Origin: Chloroflexota bacterium
GTDB lineage: Bacteria; Chloroflexota; Limnocylindria; Limnocylindrales; CSP1-4
Assembly: GCA_003171035.1 (NCBI GenBank)
Contig: PMXR01000027.1
Location: forward strand, 41,040 to 74,056
Direction: 5' to 3'
DNA length: 33,017 nt
The notes under the pieces are model-generated. The model worked only from the letters and a program-made list of their open reading frames with translations. It had not been told where the DNA came from and did not search any database. Numbering within the stretch: the first letter of the stretch is position 1; the number at the start of each line of letters is the position of its first letter. Both the position numbers and the translations under genes were made by a program. Below, one piece after another: positions 27,277-33,017 of this stretch.

Positions 27277-27501
27277 ATGATTGACACGAACGCACGCACC
27301 AGGCACGGGATGGCCGTGGTTCGCGGGTCCAGCCTCCGCGAATGGCTCGTCCGGCGCCTGGGGGAGAGTGCGGCTCGGGTCCGCGCAGATGAGCCGGGCG
27401 GCGTCGTATGCGCGGTTCAGACACGCGACGAAGTCAATGGTCTGGAGCCGTGGCACCGCGACCCGGGGGCGACACCCGCTCGGTGGGTCCGCCTCATCTG
27501 A
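27277..27501 (+). CDS. Hypothetical 74-aa protein, first ORF downstream of the MarR-divergent promoter
   Basis: ATG about 65 nt after a canonical promoter, with GCGGGG upstream; no recognisable family. Confidence 0.4.
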   Translation: MIDTNARTRHGMAVVRGSSLREWLVRRLGESAARVRADEPGGVVCAVQTRDEVNGLEPWHRDPGATPARWVRLI

Positions 27502-27560
27502 GATCGCGCCGGCGACGGCGCAGGCGCCGGAAGTGGGCCGGTTTCCGCGACAATGGTCGG

Positions 27561-28673
27561 ATGATGGGACTGCCGCGCTGGAAGCTACGTCGGGCGAGGG
27601 GCGAGGATGCACCCGCCGTCGCCGCCATGCATATCCACTCCCGGCGGTTGGCCTACCGGGGGATGGTCCCGGACGCTCACCTCGACGGCGACGATGTCGC
27701 GACGCGAGCGGCCCGCTACGACTTCGACGCCGCCGCGCCCGGCGCCCCCGAGACGTGGATCGCCGTGGACGGCGACGACGTCGTCGGCTTCGTGACCGTC
27801 GCCCCGAGCCGCGACGAGGATCTCTCCGGACTCGGCGAGGTCCGCAGCCTCTACGTCGCGCCGGACCGCTGGCGATCGGGGGTCGGGTCGGCGCTGCTCG
27901 CGCAGGCCGAGGTACTGCTCCGCGACGCGGGGTTCCACGAGGCGCACCTCTGGGTGCTCGAGGGCAACACCCGGGCACGCCGCTTCTACGAGCGGGCGGG
28001 CTGGGCGCCTGACGGCGCGCTGAAGGTCGTCGAGATCGGCGGCCGACCGCTCGCCGTGGTCAGGTATCGCAAGGCCGCGGCTGGTACCCTCGCCCCCATG
28101 GAGAACCGCCAACCCGTCGTCGCGTCGATCCGCACCGAGCGAGTGGAGCTCGTTTCGATGTCGCTTGCCTTCATGCAGGCCCTCGTCGCGGGCGACCTCG
28201 ACGCGGCTACCCGCGAGATGGGCGCCGACCTGCCGGCGGACCTCGCCGAGGACCTCCGCAACTTCTTGAACTACCGCATCCCCGACCTCGAGGCGGACCC
28301 CTCGATCCGGCCGTGGCTCGGTCGGGGCATCATCTGGAGCCACCCCAACGGGCGCCTGGAGCTCATCGGGTCGATCGGGTTCCACAACGCACCGGACGAG
28401 ACCGGCCGCGTCGAGATCGGCTACCGCATCGTGCCCCCGTTCCGGCGACGGGGGATCGTCACCGAGTGCGTCCGGGCGCTCCTCGCCTGGGCCGAGGCGC
28501 AGGGCGTCCACCGCTTCCGCGCGTCGGTCGCCCCGGGCAATGTAGCCTCGCTGGCGACCATTCGCTCCTTCGGGTTCCACCAGGTCGGCGTCCAGATCGA
28601 CGAGATCGACGGCGAGGAGCTCGTGTTCCACCTGGACCGGCCGTCCGGCGAGGCCAGCGCGGCAGGCGACTGA
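27561..28673 (+). CDS. Tandem GNAT acetyltransferase (generic GNAT plus RimJ/RimL-type GNAT in one frame)
   Basis: Domain 1: LYVAPDRWRSGVGSAL and N.RARRFYE..GW. Domain 2 (from Met at 28098): EIGYRI.PPFRRRGI and N.ASL....FGF. Confidence 0.82.
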   Translation: MMGLPRWKLRRARGEDAPAVAAMHIHSRRLAYRGMVPDAHLDGDDVATRAARYDFDAAAPGAPETWIAVDGDDVVGFVTVAPSRDEDLSGLGEVRSLYVAPDRWRSGVGSALLAQAEVLLRDAGFHEAHLWVLEGNTRARRFYERAGWAPDGALKVVEIGGRPLAVVRYRKAAAGTLAPMENRQPVVASIRTERVELVSMSLAFMQALVAGDLDAATREMGADLPADLAEDLRNFLNYRIPDLEADPSIRPWLGRGIIWSHPNGRLELIGSIGFHNAPDETGRVEIGYRIVPPFRRRGIVTECVRALLAWAEAQGVHRFRASVAPGNVASLATIRSFGFHQVGVQIDEIDGEELVFHLDRPSGEASAAGD

Positions 28674-28685
28674 CCGGGGCCGGGC

Positions 28686-29666
28686 CTACGTGTGCCCGTC
28701 GAGGAACATGCTGAGCCGCGTCCAGGTGAGACCGGGATCGACGCCCGGCGCGTGGGCGTTGACGGCCCGACACACCCAGCCGAGCCGCAGGGCGAGTCCG
28801 AAGGCCTCGCGCAACCCGGACATATCGCAGCCGGCGGCGAACGGCGCCAGGTACGCGTCGCGGTACGGGCCAGTGTCCACGGAGTCCTGGATGTCCTCGC
28901 GACCCCAGGAGATCACGCCCTCGAGGGTGACCGACATCGAGAAGAACGGGTGCGACACGCAGGCGTCGCCCCAGTCGAGGATCGCGTAGCGGCCGTCGCG
29001 CACGTACACGGCGCCGTCGTGGAGGTCGTCGTGCTGGATCGTCTCGGCGATCCCGTAGCCGGCCAGCTCTGCGCATTTCGCCGCCACCCGCGGGACGGCG
29101 TCGCGAAGTCGGCGCATCTCCTCCTCGCGACCCTTGGGGCCGTCGCGGCCGCCGCCGTCGACCGCAGCAAGCTCATCCAGCAGGGCCTCGTACCGCTTCG
29201 GCAGGACCGCGAGCCGCATGTCGGGAACTCCGAGCGCCAGCAGCACCCCCACGTCGTCGGCCGTGCCCAGCTGCATGCCGGCGTATTGCGGCAGCAGGTC
29301 GAGCCAGCGCCTGACGTCGCCCTCCTGCTCGGCCAGCTCACGCAGGCGAGCGCCGGCGTCGGCCATGAGCATCCAGCCGCGTTCGGCGTCGACAGCCAGC
29401 GGTGTCGGCACGACGTCCGGCCGGCGGCGTGCGAGGAACGCGGTGATGGCGGGCTCACGGCCGAGCGCGGGCGAGCTGGCCTTGAAGAACACCGGGCCGC
29501 GATCCGTCTGCACCCGCAGGACCGTCGACCACGGCCGCCGGTGGACCTCCTCGATCGGCCCGGTCATCCGCGCGCCGGCCGCCGCGACCTGCGCGGCGAT
29601 CCAGTAGGCAGGGTCGGTCGCCGCACCCGTCACTTCCGGACGCGCCAAACCGCCTCCGCGGGCCAT
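28686..29666 (-). CDS. Aminoglycoside phosphotransferase (APH/choline kinase-like) family protein
   Basis: PWSTVLRV..VFFKA, WMLMADAG, HDDLHD and ILDWGD..SHPF motifs. Confidence 0.82.
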   Translation of the reverse strand: MARGGGLARPEVTGAATDPAYWIAAQVAAAGARMTGPIEEVHRRPWSTVLRVQTDRGPVFFKASSPALGREPAITAFLARRRPDVVPTPLAVDAERGWMLMADAGARLRELAEQEGDVRRWLDLLPQYAGMQLGTADDVGVLLALGVPDMRLAVLPKRYEALLDELAAVDGGGRDGPKGREEEMRRLRDAVPRVAAKCAELAGYGIAETIQHDDLHDGAVYVRDGRYAILDWGDACVSHPFFSMSVTLEGVISWGREDIQDSVDTGPYRDAYLAPFAAGCDMSGLREAFGLALRLGWVCRAVNAHAPGVDPGLTWTRLSMFLDGHT

Positions 29667-29674
29667 CGGCGGGC

Positions 29675-29740
29675 CTACGCGAGCGCCTCGGCCGAGTTGT
29701 AGGTGCTCGTGGCATCACCGAGGACGTGCAGCTCAACCAT
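29675..29740 (-). CDS. 21-aa leaderless mini-ORF (MVELHVLGDATSTYNSAEALA) upstream of the APH gene; uORF or deletion remnant
   Basis: TACAAT (29752-29747) lies 6 nt before the ATG; GC-rich third codon positions; stop 8 nt before the APH ATG. Confidence 0.45.
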   Translation of the reverse strand: MVELHVLGDATSTYNSAEALA

Positions 29741-29988
29741 CGGCGGATTGTACCCCGCCCCTCCGCGCAAGACCGCCGACCAGGCGGTCGCCCGGCTTCC
29801 GGGCCGACCAGTGGGCGACGGATCGGAAGCCGCCCCATTCGCAGCCCGTATTCAGAAGATCTCACCGGATGCGAGGCCTGCTTCGAATCCGGGGACACAA
29901 GGGATTGACAGATGTGGTGTTGCCCGCAGCATGAAGCGAGCGCACGGCATCCGGCGGGCCAGACGGGCGCTATCGGAGGAGTGGAACC

Positions 29989-30207
29989 ATGAGTTTTAGC
30001 TTCCCCGGAGGGGGAGACCGCCACAATCCCGGCAGCCTCAACCCTGGGACGGGTGGCGACCGGGATCCCATCAAGCCGTACCACGACGAGATCTCGTACC
30101 AGGCCCAACACACAGCGGATCTCGAACGGGAAGACGCTGAAGGCAAGAAGCGTCTCCCCTCGAGACTCATCGGCCGCTTGCTGGGGACCCTTCGCAGCTT
30201 GTTCTGA
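29989..30207 (+). CDS. Hypothetical 72-aa protein
   Basis: GGGAGA RBS and upstream TTGACA (29905); internal PG(G/TG)GDR repeat and amphipathic basic C-terminal helix. Confidence 0.5.
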   Translation: MSFSFPGGGDRHNPGSLNPGTGGDRDPIKPYHDEISYQAQHTADLEREDAEGKKRLPSRLIGRLLGTLRSLF

Positions 30208-30641
30208 GACGGTCGGCCTTCGGAGGGGGACGTCGAGGTCGACCGCCGCGAGTGACTCTTGCAGTGGGTCCCTCTGCACTGACGCCGCGTCTTGACGGCG
30301 GTGATACCCGGCAACACCACGACCCAATTGACCCCAGTTAAGGCCAGTAAGGCGGAACTGCCTCCGTCTACCAGAGAACCGGGTCGTCGCCGTCCGGCCC
30401 GGGCCGTCGGGCGCAGTGAACGAAACGGGGACGCCGGCCATCGTATTGGTCATGGAGCGAGCGATTGGCAGAACGGCCTTGACGTTACGGAGGGAATCGG
30501 TGGCCATCGAGCCGAACGACGAACGGACCCGACGGTCCGGACCGCGCCGACGGCGCAGCTGCTCGCGGAGGCCGTCGGCCGCGCCCCGGCGCGAGTCTCG
30601 GTCAGGGTTGAGGGATCTTGTGGACCACCAAGGCCCGCGCT

Positions 30642-30724
30642 CACGCGTTCGCGGCGGCCGTGCCGGCATAGTTCAAGGCATCTGTTGGATATGGTCGGGG
30701 CGAGAGTGTCGGGGCGAGAGGACT
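30642..30724 (-). repeat. Direct repeat copy 1 ending in a tRNA-Pro 3' fragment (att-like), plus an adjacent second fragment
   Basis: 30642-30706 matches 32339-32403 at 61/65 nt. TGGTCGGGGCGAGAG (30692-30706) is the reverse complement of CTCTCGCCCCGACCA. GTCGGGGCGAGAGGACT is repeated at 30708-30724. Confidence 0.82.
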
Positions 30725-30896
30725 AGAGGCTTCGCTTTCGAACTGACCTATGTGATGGCGCTGGCTGCCGGGCCGGTAGTCGAGGTGGCGTAGTCAACGC
30801 CGACGGGAGTCGAGGCCGAGATAACGAGCTAGCCGCCCCGGGAGGTCGACGTTTCGCCCTGGGCGACTCAACTCTCGGGTTGTTGGTCGGGCGTCC

Positions 30897-32041
30897 CTAC
30901 CCCGCGTTGAAGATTTTCGCGGATATGCCTTCAAGGATCGTCTGTACGGCCGCGCTGTACTGGTTACTCAGGATGATGACCGTGACAGCGTCGACTGGGT
31001 AGCGCGCCTCAATCGATGCGAAGCCCGAGATAGCACCGTCATGCCAGATGATCGGCCGTCCGGAGTCGGTCCCGATCACGAAGCCATAACCGTAGCCGGC
31101 TGCCATCGTCCCATACTGGGGGGCGAACATCTCGGCGCGGGACGCCGCGGGCAGGAGCGCATCCGTCGTGAGCGCCTGCTCCCATCGGTTCATATCCTCG
31201 ACCGTGGAATATAGGCCGCCGGCCGCGAATGGGACCGACGGGTCTATTGGCACGGCCGGCGTCGCAGAATATCCATTCGTATACCCAATCGCCACACCGT
31301 TCGAGTTGTGGTCATAGCCGGTGTCGCTCAGATTCAGAGGCGTGAAGATGTACTTCTGCAGGAATGCCTCGTAGCTCATGCCGGAGACCTGCTCGATGAT
31401 GTAGCCCAGCAGGATGTAGCCGGAGTTGCTGTACGCCCAGGTCGTGCCGGGCGCGAAGTCCAGCGGTAGATCCCGAAAGTGGGCGATGATCTGCAGGGGA
31501 GTCGAGGGCTGGCCTTCGTAATCGACGAAGTCGGGCTGCGCCAGATAGTCGGGGATGCCGGACGTGTGCGTCAGGAGCTCCTTGATCGTGATGACACCCC
31601 AGGCAGTCGGACATTGGGGGATGTAAGTGCAGATGAGGTCGGTGACCTTGAGCTTGCCCTGAACCTGGAGCAGCAGGATGGCCGCAGCCGTGAACTGCTT
31701 GGTGTTGGAGCCGATAAGAAACCTGGTCTGCGGGCCGTTGGGGGTCTTCTGGTCGCGGTCGGCAAAGCCGTAGCCTTGCTCAGGAGCACGTGTCCATGTT
31801 GGGCGATCAGCACCGAGCCGCTGAACAGCGACTGCGAAGTCATGTTGGCGAGCATGGCGTCGACGGCCGAAATGGCGTCCGGCGAGATGGCGGTCGACGA
31901 CGGCGAGCTTCCGATCGAAGGCGCGACGCTGGTGGCTGAGGAGGCCGAACTCGGCGTCACCTTTGGCGGAGCCGCCGGGGAGCAAGCGGAGACGATCAGG
32001 AAGATCCCGCAGATTGCCAGCAGTGCACGTTGATGTCGCAT
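30897..32041 (-). pseudogene. Serine hydrolase (class C beta-lactamase/PBP-like) lipoprotein with a 1-nt frameshift at about 31774
   Basis: GAGGGGAG RBS, lipobox VSAC and FSGSVLIA..G..LLSK in one frame; GYGFAD, SxxK (SNTK), LLTHTSG, YSN and HDG in another. AAG-GC-TAC lacks one G. Confidence 0.85.
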
Positions 32042-32307
32042 TGGGCACTCCCCTCGAGGACGGACGGCGAAGTAAGTTCGCCACGACACGCGACGGGGCT
32101 CGTTGGAGCCCGACTCCAGGTCCGCGCAGCCGGTCCGCGTGGTGTGAGCGGCCTACAAGCACCCTGTCATCATTGCCCCGCCAGGTAGACTCGCGGTTCG
32201 GCGTCGCGGTTCGGTCCGCTCTTCACCGGTCTCCGAATTGACCTGGACCAGGTATTGAGCCGACTGGGACGCGAGCTGGTCGTCCGGAGGGGGCGAGCAT
32301 ATCGATT

Positions 32308-32405
32308 GGCGACCGATAGGCGACCGATAGGCCGCGCACACGCGTTCGCGGCGGCCGTGCCGGCGCAGTTCACGGCATTTGTTGGATATGGTCGGGGCGA
32401 GAGGA
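32308..32405 (-). repeat. Direct repeat copy 2 ending in a tRNA-Pro 3' fragment (att-like), preceded by a tandem 11-mer
   Basis: TGGTCGGGGCGAGAGGA (32389-32405) is the reverse complement of TCCTCTCGCCCCGACCA; GGCGACCGATA occurs twice at 32308-32329. Confidence 0.82.
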
Positions 32406-32665
32406 GCCAAACCGACCGTACGGCCTGAATGTCCCACTCGCGCTTGCGTGCGAGGTTGATGGCATGGTGCGGTGGCTGGACCAGGTCCAGTAAGGCCGGC
32501 GACTCGCGGCGGTCGCTCGGCCAGCGGCCAGCCGAGGAACGCGGTCGCACCGGCCGGGCCATCAGGCGCAAGTGCGCCGCAATCGCTTGACAGGGGCCCT
32601 CGCACCTGCCATGAAAGACAACTAGTTTCCATTGTGAAGAAAGTAGCGGCTAGGGGGAGAGAAGA

Positions 32666-33017
32666 ATGATCCAGCGATCGCTCAGTGGACTCGCCTTGAT
32701 GGGTGGGGCCCTGATCCTCAGCCTGGCCCTGGGTGGATGCCAGGCGTCGACCGCCACCCCAACACCGACCGCCACTCCGGTGCCGACCGACACTCCAACG
32801 CCGGCGCCTACGCCCACGGTGGCGCCAACGCAAACACCAACGCCCACCGCCACGCCGACCGACACTCCAACGCCGGCGCCCACGCTCGCCCCCACGCCGA
32901 CGGCCGCGCCCTCGCTGCCGACCTCGGTCGCGGCGTGCACCGGAAGCAACTCGATCAAACAGACGTTCGCCAATCAGATCGCCAAGCTCAAGTTCGCCCT
33001 GTACTGCCCGGTCCTCC
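32666..33017 (+). CDS. Pro/Thr-repeat lipoprotein, 3'-truncated by the window
   Basis: GGGGGAG RBS; [25 protein letters not shown] lipobox followed by TPTP/ATP/PTD repeats; frame open to the window end. Confidence 0.8.
   Translation, partial: MIQRSLSGLALMGGALILSLALGGCQASTATPTPTATPVPTDTPTPAPTPTVAPTQTPTPTATPTDTPTPAPTLAPTPTAAPSLPTSVAACTGSNSIKQTFANQIAKLKFALYCPVL

Noticed and set aside
29786-29895. Hairpin at about 29786-29809, GGGCGACGGATCGGAAGCC and TTCGAATCC as a possible tRNA or the outermost att site
   Set aside because: No cloverleaf can be folded and the match to the tRNA-Pro core is weak; it could be chance in GC-rich DNA.
30292-30793. ORFs 30292..30726 and 30416..30793 as integrase or cargo genes
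   Set aside because: They have no recognisable motifs, run through the non-coding repeat and lack a convincing RBS.
32219-32300. Peptide LFTGLRID resembling tyrosine-recombinase box I (TGLRxxE)
   Set aside because: Only about 7 residues match, with no box II (HxxR...Y) and no sustained frame; insufficient to call an integrase remnant.

Overview
High-GC bacterial chromosomal segment; the lipoproteins, Pro/Thr-rich surface proteins and leaderless-style starts suggest a monoderm such as Chloroflexota or Actinomycetota (inference only). From left to right: (1) the 3' part of a group 3d-type bidirectional [NiFe]-hydrogenase operon, in which a GltD/NfnB-like FAD/Fe-S module sits immediately upstream of hoxU-hoxY-hoxH; (2) a surface-protein cluster with DUF3105, two Pro/Thr-stalked proteins sharing a 2-Cys C-terminal domain, two 7-repeat Kelch propellers, a Kelch remnant and a GWP-repeat propeller; (3) an orphan arginine deiminase, a HEPN-like gene and a DUF3626 gene; (4) a fused double sugar-ABC permease behind a CelR/CebR-type LacI operator; (5) a BldK-order oligopeptide ABC operon and DUF1028; (6) an internally deleted ComB-like phosphatase, a MarR gene with a divergent promoter/operator region, a tandem GNAT and an APH-like kinase; (7) two 65-bp direct repeats ending in the 3' end of a tRNA-Pro, which bracket a single frameshifted serine hydrolase gene with no integrase in view, followed by a truncated PT-repeat lipoprotein. 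No intact rRNA, tRNA, CRISPR array or transposase was seen.
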